Made by a program: the position numbers and the translations under genes. The notes beneath the pieces are model-generated. The model ran no database searches and had not been told where the DNA came from. It worked only from the letters and a program-made list of their open reading frames with translations. A DNA stretch of 64,000 nt from Phaeosaccion multiseriatum. Its lineage: Eukaryota > Protista > Ochrophyta, other classes. This document shows, one piece after another, positions 43,278-54,679 of this stretch (the stretch's first letter is position 1; each line of letters opens with the position of its first letter). The DNA lies in assembly GCA_965112735.1 (NCBI GenBank), contig OZ218964.1, forward strand, positions 2,604,001-2,668,000, given 5' to 3'.

Positions 43278-43943
43278 GAGATAGTGAGTCCTGACACTCT
43301 CATTCATTGCCATAGACCTTGCGAGTCCTTCCGAGTAGAGGGAGAGGCAGCAATTTCTTGGGAGGAACCCCTTCTTTATTGTGTTGTGCTTCGAAGAGTG
43401 GGTATGGTCGGAGAGCCTCCGTTCGTGGTGACGCCCTTGCAGAAGCAGCAGCAGCAGCAGCAGTAGCAGGGGTGCCGGTGGGAAGGCACTCTAATTCAGT
43501 GTGTCCTCACTCACATCATTCTTCAATGGCTGCATGCTGCTTGCCTTGGTTGCATCATGATTGTTCAATGGCTGCTTGCAGCTTGCCTTGTTGCCTTGTT
43601 GCCTTGGTTGGGTTGGCACAGTGAGGCGCTTGGGGGTCTCGAGGAGGTGGAGGAGAGGAGAGGAGAGGCGCTTTGGGCAGCCTTTGGACCGAGAGGCACG
43701 GCCATAGACACCGCGGCAAGGGCAAGCGGGTTTGGGAGGAGGCATATGGGGCGAGGTGTCGCCGCAGAGCAGCCGCCTTGGAGGGGAGGAAGGAAGGAGG
43801 AGAAATGCCACGCACACACCTTTTCATTCCAGCCACACATACACCTTCTAATGACCAAGTCTGTCATGTTTTTGTTGTATGCCTGGCAGACGCTCAATTC
43901 ACCAAAGCAGCGCACCGCCCCCTCATGTGTACAATTGTATCCC

Positions 43944-45364
43944 TCATTTGCCACCCCGTCCACTGCCATCCCCCTCCGTGGTCGGGTCAGGCACCACCAT
44001 GACGCACAGCCACACGCGCTGCCCGAACTTCTTCCCACCCCCTCCACTGCCATCCCCGCCCGAGGCGTCCCGCAGCCTCCAGTGGCCCTCATAGCGGCCT
44101 TGGGCCAGTGGGGCCGTGAGGTAGACAGACACCTCCGCTGAGTCTCCGGGTTGCACCCCCCCAACCACCGGGAAGCCCCTGTCTCTGTCCGCGGGGAGGC
44201 CCTCCCCCGGGGGCATGAAGTCCTGACACCCCTTACTGACCTGTTTGGGTGTGGGGGATTGGGGGTCATGTTTGTGTGTAGGGAAGGCCTCAAAGGACAT
44301 GTCAACAACACGCACGCACACACGCACACATAGACACATGCAGAGACACAATCACACACAGAAACAGACACACTGACACGCACACATGCATGCACACACA
44401 CACGCACCGGCACGAGGTCGCAGTCGTCTGGCCAGGGCTCTGTGGAATCGTTGCGCAGCAGCCACGTCTTCTTGAGGAAGTCCCCCGGGGTCACCTCGGA
44501 CAGGTCCGGCAGCGTAACGTGCTCGATGAACCGCGCCCTCGCTCTGGCTCCTCCCCCCCCTCCTCCTCCTCCGCAACCTCCTCGTCCTCCTCGTCCTCCG
44601 CCTCCTCGCCCTCCTCGCCCTCCTCGTCCTCGTCCCCCTCTTCCTCCTCGACGGCCACAACCATCCCACTCTCCTCCGCCGCCGCCGCCGCAGCCGCCAT
44701 CGCCCGGATCGGCATCCGCGTCAGAATCTGCACTTCCGCCGTCCAATGTGGTGTCAAAACCGTCTCCTCCTCCCCGTCCACTGCCGTCCCACCCCCATCC
44801 ACTGCCATCCCCCCCTCTTCCACCCCTCCCTCCCAGGCCTCTCCCTCGCCCCTCAGGCCCCGCCCACCCCCTTCCATCCCCTCCTGGCCCAAACGGCGGT
44901 GGAGGAGGAGGAGAGGGAGGGGGAAACCCAGCAAAAGGTCCGTGGTGGCGAGCGCCCCCCCCTGGGTGTCTGCCCCCCCCTGGATGCATACCCCCCCCTG
45001 GGTGCATTCCCCCCCCTGGGTGCATACCCCCCCCTGGGTGCATGGGAGCATCAACGGGTGCTCCGCGGGGGACCCCCACCCCTTCCTCGCGGAACGGACT
45101 CTGCACCCCTTCCCCACGGAATGGACTCTGTATCCCTCCCCACCCTCCGTACTGCTGGTGGTGGTGCGGGTGGTGGGGGTGCAGGGGCTGGTGACCGGTG
45201 TCAAAACCGGCAGAAGCAGGGTCTGGACGATGAAGATGATGATGATGATGATGATGATGGCGGTGGCGGTGGGGAGGAGGGTGGTGGGGATGGTGGTGTC
45301 GCTGACTCCCGTCCGCTTGCCACGTGTGATGCTGAAGAGGGTTAAACCCTACCCCTACACCCTC

Positions 45365-45402
<38 letters not shown>

Positions 45403-46111
45403 GACCGCCTGGGTAGGGCGGGGAAGGAGGGGGGGCATACCCAGGGGGGCCATACCCAGGGGGGGCATACCCAGGTGGGCCATACCCAGAGCCGTGCTGC
45501 CGCTCTTGCCCCCTCCCCGCAGCCGGGTTCCCACCGGGACCGCACCCCCTACCGCGTTTGTTCCCCCTCTGCCCCCTTCCACCACCACCACCGCCTCCTT
45601 CCCTCCCCCCTCCCTCCGCCCCTCCGTCTTCTCCACCAAGGCCGGCAGCAGTCCCAGGCCCACTCCCCTTAACATGGACAGCGGAGCAGCGCCGTGTGGC
45701 CTGCATGAAGGACGCTGCGTCTGCCGCAGAGAGCAAGCCGAGGCGCGTCAGCCGCTGGATGCGTAGCCCACCGAAGGCGCGGAGCAGGACCATGACCTCC
45801 ACGCTGCTGTTGACGCCGACGCCGTGCCGCCGCAGGAGAGTCACCACGGGGTGGCGATGCCTGTGCCTACCCGGCCTGTGCCTGCCCGGCCTGGACTCGG
45901 TCGCTTCCCCTTCTCCTTCTTCTCCTTGTTGTTGTGGCCCGCCCTTCTGACTCTGTTTTTCTGCTTCTTCTACCGCCCTCTGTCCTCCCACCTTTGGCGG
46001 CCCGGAAGTCCGCTCCAACACCTGGTCACCAGCCTCTTCATCACCAGTTTCAGTGTCCACCGCCGCTTCATCTCGAACATCCCTACCGACACCACCACCA
46101 CCACCACCATT

Positions 46112-46156
<45 letters not shown>

Positions 46157-46822
46157 TTGAAAGTCGGGCTCTGCCTTCTTCCAGAGCGGAGGGGGCACCA
46201 GACCAGTCTTGACCAAGCGCCTCGCTGGCAACTTGGCAAGGGCCAGGAAGTGGCCCACGTCTGACGCCTCGAGGCCACACAGGCCGTAGTCCCGGGACAG
46301 CGAGGCTCTTGCGCGCTGAAGGACCTCCAGCATGGCCTCCGTGTGACTAGGCAGAGCATCGGCTTCCTCTTCCTCCTCCTCCTCCTCCTCCTCCTCCTCC
46401 CCCTCCTCCTCCTCTTGCTCCTTCTCCCCCTCCTCCTCCTCGTCTTCGTCCTCCCCGCCCTCTTCCTCGTCGTCCACCTCGCCCTCGTCCCATTCATCCT
46501 GCGATTCCTCACCGCCCCCAACCCCTCTCTCTCCCCCTTCCGAGACCCTCACGTCCTTCGCATTGCTCGCATCCGCGCCATCGAGGCCATCCACCATAAC
46601 GATGCGCAGAGGCCTTGGTAGGCAGGTCCACTCCTCCTCCGTCATCTCCTCCAATACTATCATATCTCCTTTAGCATCGGCGTACTCGAGCAGGGTCGGC
46701 ACCTCTTCCTCCACTTTGAACGCCGCCCGCAGGGCCAGCCTCAGAGCAGACAGGGAGGGGGAGGGAAGCTCAAGCCTCCGCATGACATGTCTGTACGTCG
46801 CCTTGACCACAAGCGTTTCCAT
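43944..46822 (-). CDS. NBR1-like protein: N-terminal PB1 domain, long disordered middle, C-terminal FW (NBR1/ILRUN Ig-like) domain (exons 46822-44408, 44240-43944)
   Basis: PB1-like LVVKATY...RR...LLEYADAKGDMIVL. FW signature ARFIEHVTLPD..EVTPG..LKKTWLLRN....WP...VQPGDSAEVSVYLTAP..GRYEGHWRL...KFGQRVW. Confidence 0.75.
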
Positions 46823-47144
46823 TGGGACGGGTCTCACTCACTCAACGATTGACATTATGGGGCCCATTATGGTTTGAGGTTTGTCCCGAGAGAGTCGTAA
46901 ACTGCCATCGCAGTAAGTCATCGAATCCAAAAAAATAAATTTCAAATTTCCATGCCTTCCATTTTTTATGGGACCCCTTCCAGGCTTTCAAGCTTCCCTC
47001 TCTCTTCAGCTTGCTTAGCTCTACTTCTCGCTCCAGGTGTGAGGGCTGGTTGTCCCTGCCTTGAGGTGAAGGCCCCCCTGGGCGGTGGCAGGAGGGAGAA
47101 GAAAGGAGGAGGAGGGAAAAAAATCCGTGGTGTTGATATCTGGG

Positions 47145-47375
47145 GTTGACTGTGTGAAGGAGGAGAGATCCGGGAGCTCGGATCACAAGAGCACCGGGAG
47201 GGATAACAAGGGTGGATTGAAAGGAGGAGGAGGAGGAGGAGGAGGAGGAGGAGGAGGAGGAGGAGGAGCATAGTAGAATCCTTTATGATCAATTGGAGTT
47301 GACTGTGTGAAGGAGGAGAGATCCGGGAGCTCGGATCACAAGGGCACCGGGAGGGATAACAAGGGTGGATTGAAA
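47145..47375. repeat. ~79-bp direct repeat (47145-47223, 47298-47375) flanking a (GGA)n run, between two divergent genes
   Basis: GTTGACTGTGTGAAGGAGGAGAGATCCGGGAGCTCGGATCACAAG...GGGTGGATTGAAAG occurs twice. Confidence 0.9.
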
Positions 47376-47530
47376 GAAGGAGGAGCGGCAAAGCCACGGG
47401 GAAGGATCAAAAGGAGGGGGGAGGGATAGGTGACGGAGGAGGATCAGAAGGGTGGAGCGAGAGGAGGGAGGAGCGGCAGAGAGAGCCACGGGGCAGGATC
47501 GCTTGTGTGGAGAGAGAGGAGGGACAGAGC

Positions 47531-50500
47531 ATGGGTTGCGCAGCGTCGTGCGCCGGGCGACAACGGCCGCCGGCACTGACTGCTACGACTGCACCGCCTC
47601 ACTCGCCAGAGCCGACGGCAGCAGACGGCGGCGGTTCGACTGCAAGAGCCCCCTTCTTTACCACCACCGACGCGTACCAAGGAGGGGGTGGGGATGAGGA
47701 TGAAGACAGCCGGATCGGGGAGCCGAAGACCGTCACTAGTCCAATAGCGGCTTGTAGTGATGATGAAGACGTCCTGATCGGGGATAGGAAGACCATCACC
47801 CAATACAAAGTGGATGTCGACTCGCTGAAGGAAGAGTGGAGAAGCTTGTTTGCCCGAGAGGGCACGAGTCGCAGCACGAGTCGCAGCAGAAGTCGCAGCA
47901 GCAGCAGAAGCAGCAGCAGAAGAAGACGCAGCAGAAGTAGCAGCGGCAGGGGCAGCAGCGGAGTTGGGAAGGACGGGGCGACGCCGGGCTCGGCCACGGC
48001 GCTTGTGCAGGGAGCCGCAGGCCTGACGCTGCCTCTCAAGTGGAGCGAGACAGCGGGGAAGGAGGCGGTAGGCACGCAGGAGGGGGGCGTAGTGGGTGTT
48101 AGGACCCCGTCATCACCCAAGGGCGTGCGGCAGAGGGGGCTTGAGGTTGACGTGGGGGGCTATGGGAAGGGAGCTGAGCTCTCTAGAGCTTTGCTCTCTG
48201 GAGCTCAAGGGGGAGGAGGGGCCACTGGCACTGCACCCGTCTCGCTGGACCAAGTCGGCGAGGATATGGATGGCAGCGGAAGGGCAGAGGGCTTGCGGGA
48301 AAGGGACTCCGATGACGGGAACGAGAGGTCGCCGCTAGAGGAAGGCGGGCCGCATTGCTTTCCAGGAGGAGACTCTACAGCTGGTGTCAGGACTGCTGCT
48401 GCCGTTCGCGAGGCTGGTTTCCATGCTGGGGTGACTGCGACGCAAGCCCTCTGCGTGCTGGCCCGGGCCTTTGGAGAGTCGGCGGTGCGAGCGCTGTGGG
48501 GCGTGAATCGGGAGCTGTACCTCGTGAGTATGACTAGGAGGCGCCTTGTACTACACTGTATCATGCCCGGCCACACTCAGCAGCGCCTTATGATGACAAT
48601 CATGCAACAGCCTCTGCCGCCACTGCCGCCACTGCACACGGAGGGGAGGAGGGACGACGACGACTTCACCTCCGCAGCAGCCGACGAGCGATGCGCGCTG
48701 CTGGAGGGTTGGCAGCAGCACAAGGTAGAGCAGGACGAGCAAGAGAAGGGGGGCCAAGCTGGTGGGAGAGAGCGGCTGGGGAGTGACGAGGTGGGGCCCG
48801 AGAATCGGGCACAACAAGGCAATGGCGAGAATGGCGATGAGAGTGGCCCTGCCACGGAGGAGCGAGAGAAGCACCACGCGTCGTTTGGGGAAGCAGAGCG
48901 ACCGCATATCCCCCCCATCGTCCGCCACGTCCGTCTGGGGTCGACGTACCGAGACCAAAGCATCGCCCGCGCCGAGGAGAGCCCCTTTTCCTCCTCCTCG
49001 TCCCTCACGCACTTATTCTGCGGTCGCTCCTACCGCGGCATGCAGCGACAGAGGGAGCAGCGCTTCGTTCGCCTCATGTTATCCGCGTTGCCGCCATCTG
49101 TGGAGACGCTCACCCTAGGCGACTTTTACAACGATCCTGACCTGGGGCCTGCGCTGTGTGCGCAGGAGCAGCAGCAAGGGCAGCAGCAAGAGCAGTTGGT
49201 TGTACAGCAGGGAGACAGCCCTCTGAGGGCCTATCTACCGTCGCTCAGACGCCTCTCGCTGGGCGACCGTTTCAATCAGCCGATCAGCCTCCCCCCGGGG
49301 CTTGAAGAGGTCCGATTTGGGTGAGTATGGGCATATGGGCATTTGAAGCATTCAGAGAGAGGAGGACGGGCTGTTGCAACGCAGCAACTCCTGTGGGTAG
49401 TCTCCGCCCCTCGATGTGCGGCTGTGGCTTTCGTCTCTCTTCCTCTCTATGGCTGTGGCTTTCGTCTCTCTTCCTCTCTTTCCTCCCTCTTCCTCTCTGC
49501 CACCCTTTCTCCCTCACTGCCTCTGTCTTTGCCTGTCTTTCCGTCTTTCTCTTTCTCGCTCTCCATGTTGTCCTGAGTTATCTCTCTCTCCGCCTTTGTG
49601 TCTCTTTCTCGTGATGCCTCCCCCTCTCCCTCTTTTCTATCTCACAGACTCTATTTCAACCAAGGCGACCCGGAGAGTACCCCCTCCCCTCCCGTCCCTC
49701 CCGAAGCCCCCCCGGGCCCCGCCGCCCCCCCGGAGATGCTGGCAGGAGCCGGTGTCCCATCCCTTCCCACGCTTGCGGTTGGGCCTGTTCCTGTTCCTGG
49801 CGGTGTTCCGACTCGCCACATGCTGCCATCCTCCCTCCTTCGCGTGACTTTCTCCGATCGCTTCAATAAAGAGGTGACCCTTCCGGAGGGCCTTCAGGAC
49901 TTGGTGTTTGGTCATGATTATAACATGCCAGTGGAGCTGCCCTCCAGCCTACGCCGAGTGGAATTCTCCTTCTGCTTCAATCAGAGGGTGACGCTGCCGC
50001 AGCAGCTCGAGTCCGTCACGTTTGGTGAGTGCAAGTCAGTGACTGAGTAAGTCAGTGATTGATAAGTCAGTGATTGAGTAAGTCAATGACTGCCGCAGCA
50101 GCTCGAGTCCGTCACGGTTGGTGAGTGCGTGGTTTTGTGCTTGCTTTTCCTGCACCGATTGCTCTCTTATGACGTTTTTTTATCGTTTCCTTGCCCACCT
50201 CTCCCCCCTCCTCTCCTCTCCTCTCCTCTCCCTCCCTCGACAGGGCACGACTTCAATCAAACCGTTGTGCTACCCCCCTCTCTGAGACGAGTCGCCTTTG
50301 GCTGGCGCTACGACCAGATCGTTTCGTCCTTCCCCGAGGGGCTGGAGGAGGCCGCCTTCGGAGTCAACTACAATCAGCCCTTGCCGAGCTTGCCAGCGTC
50401 GCTCCGAGAGCTTTCCCTGTCGTGGAGCTTCAATCAACCCTTGGACCTGCTCACCAACACCAGCGCTACGAGCAGCAGCAGAGGTAGTATCAACCAGGAT

Positions 50501-51851
50501 GGCAGTGGCAGCAGCAGCAGAGGTAGTATCAACCAGGATGGCAGTGGCAGCAGCAGCAGCAACAACAACAACAACACTAGCAGCGAGGATGGCAGCAGTA
50601 GCGAGCAGCAGATGGCCTTTGCGCCGGGCGTGACTCTCTCCGGTCTGCGCAAGCTGACGCTGAATGGGGACATGTTCAATCACCCCTTGCGCCTGCCCGC
50701 CTCACTCCAAGAGCTGGAGATACGCTACTGCCACGCCTTTGATCAGGTGCTAAGCTTACCCGAGGGGGTGCGGCGCCTCAGCTTCGTGGGAGACTCCTTC
50801 GGACCGAGTGAGTGGGGGGGGGGGGGTGGAGGAGAGGGAAGTGAGGAAGGAGGGAAGAGGGCAGAGGGGAGAGGAAAGAAAGAGAGAGAGGAGAGAGAAG
50901 GGAGGAGGAAGCAGAGAGGAGAGAAGAGAAAGTACAGAGGATGAGAAAGGATTGAGGAGAGAGACAGGAAAGAAGACCTAGAGGGAAGAGACAAGAGGAG
51001 AGAGGACCGGAACGAGGACAGGCAAGAGAGAAGAGAAAGAGCAGGGAGGGGAAAGGAAGGGGACAGAGAAGGCAGAAGAGAGAGAGGAGAGTGGAGAGAG
51101 GAGAGAAAAGAGGGAGGCGTCCTCCCTGCTGCTTGGGTGTTCTTCCTGTTGCTTGGTCCGGGAGGTATACGTGTCTGCGCGGGCGTTTGTATGTGTATGT
51201 GTGTGTGTGCGTGCGTGTGTGCTGACATGCATCCTTTTCTGCCCTCCCCTCTCAAGCGCAACCCAGACTCTAACTAACCAGCGCTTCTCTTCTCTTCTCT
51301 TCTCTTGCCTCCCTGCCCTCTCCGCCCCCCTCCTGGGGTATGACAGCCTACAACCAGCCCTTGTCCCTGCCCGCGTCCCTTCGGCAGCTGCATCTGCCCT
51401 CCCGTTACGATCAGCCGCTCGGAACGCTCCCCAAGGGGCTTGAAGAGCTGAGCTTCCAGGAGGGGTACGAACACGAGGTGTGTGAGTGCCAGTGCTGAGC
51501 CTCCCTCCCCGGGGGGTAGGGGTGTTTTTATGTAGTTAGTACATAGTGTCATACGCAAACAAGCCCTGTCCGACTGCTTTTCAGGCGCTTGCATGCGGTT
51601 TGGGGTCTGTCGTTCCCCCACCCATCCACCCACTCTCACGCAATCACCCACCGACGCACGCACGCACCCACGCCCCTCAGGTGTTCCTCCCTCCCAGCAT
51701 CCGCCGAGTGACTTTCTCCGACTGCACGCTGCCCTTCCTGCGCGTGCCCCCCGGGGTGCGGCAGGTAGACGAGCACACTCGAAAGTGCTTCCAAGGACGG
51801 AGGTTTGACAAGTTCACCACGGCCTTGTTTGCCCCATATGATCTCAGATGA
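47531..51851 (+). CDS. FNIP-repeat protein with N-terminal acylation motif (exons 47531-49320, 49648-50024, 50244-50807, 51347-51477, 51681-51851)
   Basis: Repeated LP.SL..L.FG..FNQP units, e.g. LPSLRRLSLGDRFNQPISLPPGLEEVRFG and LPASLRELSLSWSFNQPL. Starts MGCAASC. Junctions are in frame. Confidence 0.85.
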
Positions 51852-51960
51852 TCAGAGCTCGCTCTTTGGGACTTAAGCAGTCGACCACCGCCTGAGCTGC
51901 ATCATGCTCTCCCCCAACGACGAAGGCGTGGAGGAGTGGAGCGGTGTGCTCGGAGAGACT

Positions 51961-52268
51961 CAGAGCCTGATGCTCGACGGCGAACACAGAGCCTGATGCT
52001 CGACGGCGAACACAGAGCCTGATGCTCGACGGCGAACACAGAGCCTGATGCTCGACGGCGAACACAGAGCCTGATGCTCGACGGCGAACACAGAGCCTGA
52101 TGCTCGACGGCGAACACAGAGCCTGATGCTCGACGGCGAACACAGAGCCTGATGCTCGACGGCGATCACAGAGCCTGATGCTCGACGGCGAACACAGATC
52201 CTGATGCTCGACAGCGAACACAGAGCCTGATGCTCGACGGCGAACACAGATCCTGATGCTCGACAGCG
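51961..52268. repeat. 26-bp tandem minisatellite CAGAGCCTGATGCTCGACGGCGAACA, ~12 units
   Basis: Period 26 is directly visible (51961, 51987, ...). Variants cluster at the 3' end. No spacers. Confidence 0.95.
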
Positions 52269-52343
52269 ACGGCAAGAAGCCCGTGAAGGGGCGCGACGCC
52301 ATCGTGAGCTCTGTGCGCGACGAGGACTTGATTTTTGATTGTG

Positions 52344-52800
52344 GACGGTGGGAGGGACGGTGGGAGGGATGGTGGGAGGGATGGTGGGAGGGATGGTGGG
52401 AGGGATGGTGGGAGGGATGGTGGGAGGGATGGTGGGAGGGATGGTGGGAGGGATGGTGGGAGGGATGGTGGGAGGGATGGTGGGAGGGATGGTGGGAGGG
52501 ATGGTGGGAGGGATGGTGGGAGGGATGGTGGGAGGGATGGTGGGAGGGATGGTGGGAGGGATGGTGGGAGGGATGGTGGGAGGGATGGTGGGAGGGATGG
52601 TGGGAGGGATGGTGGGAGGGATGGTGGGAGGGATGGTGGGAGGGATGGTGGGAGGGATGGTGGGAGGGATGGTGGGAGGGATGGTGGGAGGGATGGTGGG
52701 AGGGACGGTGGGAGGGACGGTGGGAGGGATGGTGGGAGGGACGGTGGGAGGGACGGTGGGAGGGACGGTGGGAGGGACGGTGGGAGGGACGGTGGGAGGG
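52344..52800. repeat. 12-bp tandem repeat GGA(T/C)GGTGGGAG, ~38 units
   Basis: Directly visible. C variants lie at both ends and T variants in the core. Confidence 0.97.
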
Positions 52801-53202
52801 CCCTTGCCCCTTGCCCCTTGCCCCTTGCCCGCTCTCGCGTCGAGCTTGAGTCATGAAAGGAGTGGACCGCTGACAAATGGAAAGGAGCGGTCGGGGACTG
52901 GTGCTCAGTAGTCGTGCTGCTCCCGCCGTTTGAGGCAAGGAGGACACCGACTCTTCCCTCCTCCTCCTGACGCCAGCGAGTCTCGAGTAGTCTCGAGTAG
53001 TCTCGAGTAGTTTGGATTTGAGCAGCAGGCTCGGGACTTGGGTGTTGGTGAGGAGCAAAAGTGAGAGAATGGACAGGGCGATTGCTTTTACGGATCTCAT
53101 CTCATGCTGCCTCCTAAGCACTTTTATTGTTGTATGGATTATGTTACATAGAAATACACAGAGTCAAACAATTCAAAGGCCGCCTTGCTCGGACGGCGAC
53201 AT

Positions 53203-53400
53203 CTACCTGCCTCCTCGCCTCTTGGCCGCGCACTTGGCACAGGGCTTGCCATCGTCCCACCGCCTCTTGACTTCATTCCCGCAAACGCCGCAGCGCGGTG
53301 GGTGTTGCGAATGATATTCCTCCAGGTGCTTGGTACAAAGCCCAGACTTTAAGGTACGAACTGCTTTCTCGCAGCCGCTCCTCTTGCAGGTGTCTGTGTT

Positions 53401-53431
<31 letters not shown>

Positions 53432-53959
53432 GAGGAGGAGCGCGAGGCGAGGATGCGGCTCAGAGAAAAAGTCTCCCTCACCCCCTGCAATCACTCACTA
53501 ACCTTTGGAGCCGAGCTCCTCGTCGTAGTTGTCCCTCCTCGCCTTCTTGTTCTTAGTCGAGACAGGCTTGCCCTTGCGCTTCTTGTTGTTCGTCGCCGCT
53601 TCAGGGACTCGCTTGGGTGTGTTCATCGCGCGCTCCAGCTCCGAGATGCGCTGCTCAAGGTTGGTATTGTCCCTCTCCTGCACGTTGTTCGTGCGTTGTT
53701 GGATTTCGTCGCACTTCTCCAGGTTGCGGATGCGTCGCCTCAGCTCGGAGTCCTCGTCGCTCTTCCGCGGCGTGTTCTTTCTTCCTCCTGCCAAAGCAAT
53801 CTCTTTCCCGCTGGTGGCTGGCTTCTGCTTGTCGCAGCCCAGCCCCTGGCTTCTCTGCTGGTCGCAGCCGCAGGCCGCCTCTGGCTGGTTATCGGGGGCC
53901 AGAGAAACCTCGCCTGGGGCCTCTGCTTGTCCCACGCGCCGAGACAGATAGTGTCCCAT
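53203..53959 (-). CDS. Small hypothetical protein: MGxxxS start, coiled coil, basic patch, Cys/His C-terminus (exons 53959-53503, 53393-53203)
   Basis: An in-frame GT-AG intron containing (CCT)n joins ELGSK to DTCKRSGCEK. The C-terminus has C-x4-C...C-x2-H and C-x2-C...C-x2-C. Confidence 0.55.
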
Positions 53960-54679
53960 TCCTCTTTCTTCCGCCGCTCAAAGGCAGTTGACCTCTACGA
54001 CGAAAGCTACCCAGCGCATGGAAGGGGGCTTATTTACGAAGTTTGTGGCAGGCAAGAGAGCATTGGCTTTTCAAAGAAGGGGTTGAAAAAAAGGGTTCTT
54101 GACACGCAGACCCGCCCCTCGTTGAAGATTACGAGAGCCGAAGTCCCAGGGCGGGGGGGAGACCCCGGGGGGCCTATCATTCTATCATTGTGCCACAGCA
54201 TTTGAGGAGAGAGAGTGTGTTGAATCAGCCACACGAGCGAAAGGACCTTTGAGGAGAGAGAGTGTGTTGAATCAGCCACACGAGCGAAAGGAGAGATCAC
54301 TTGACAAGGCAAGTCTCTGCATTGCCCTCTCTGCCGGGGACACCAGACCGTTGCGCAACAAACCATTTCGACCTCAATTTGAAACACTTGCCCTCAACCG
54401 ATCGTTCTGCTGTTGTGCAGATGAGGACTACAACTAAAGGAGGAAGGAAGGAGGGTTTGCCATGTTCGCAAGGTATGTATTTGTTCCCAATTGTAAGTAG
54501 GTCGCGACACGGGCACCGTAGTCGTGCAGCGTAAAACAAATGCGGACTTGCGCTCGCGGTCAAAAGAAGGAGGCCAAATGTGCGCACCCCTTGGCACGAC
54601 GTCGTACCCCCCCCCCTCCTCCCCTGGCACGCGTACCCCGTCTTCGACAGCTTTTTTGTGACGACCCCATCAAGGCCGC

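Noticed and set aside
51961-52268. 26-bp repeat as a CRISPR array
   Set aside because: The units abut with no unique spacers, there are no cas genes, and the context is eukaryotic.
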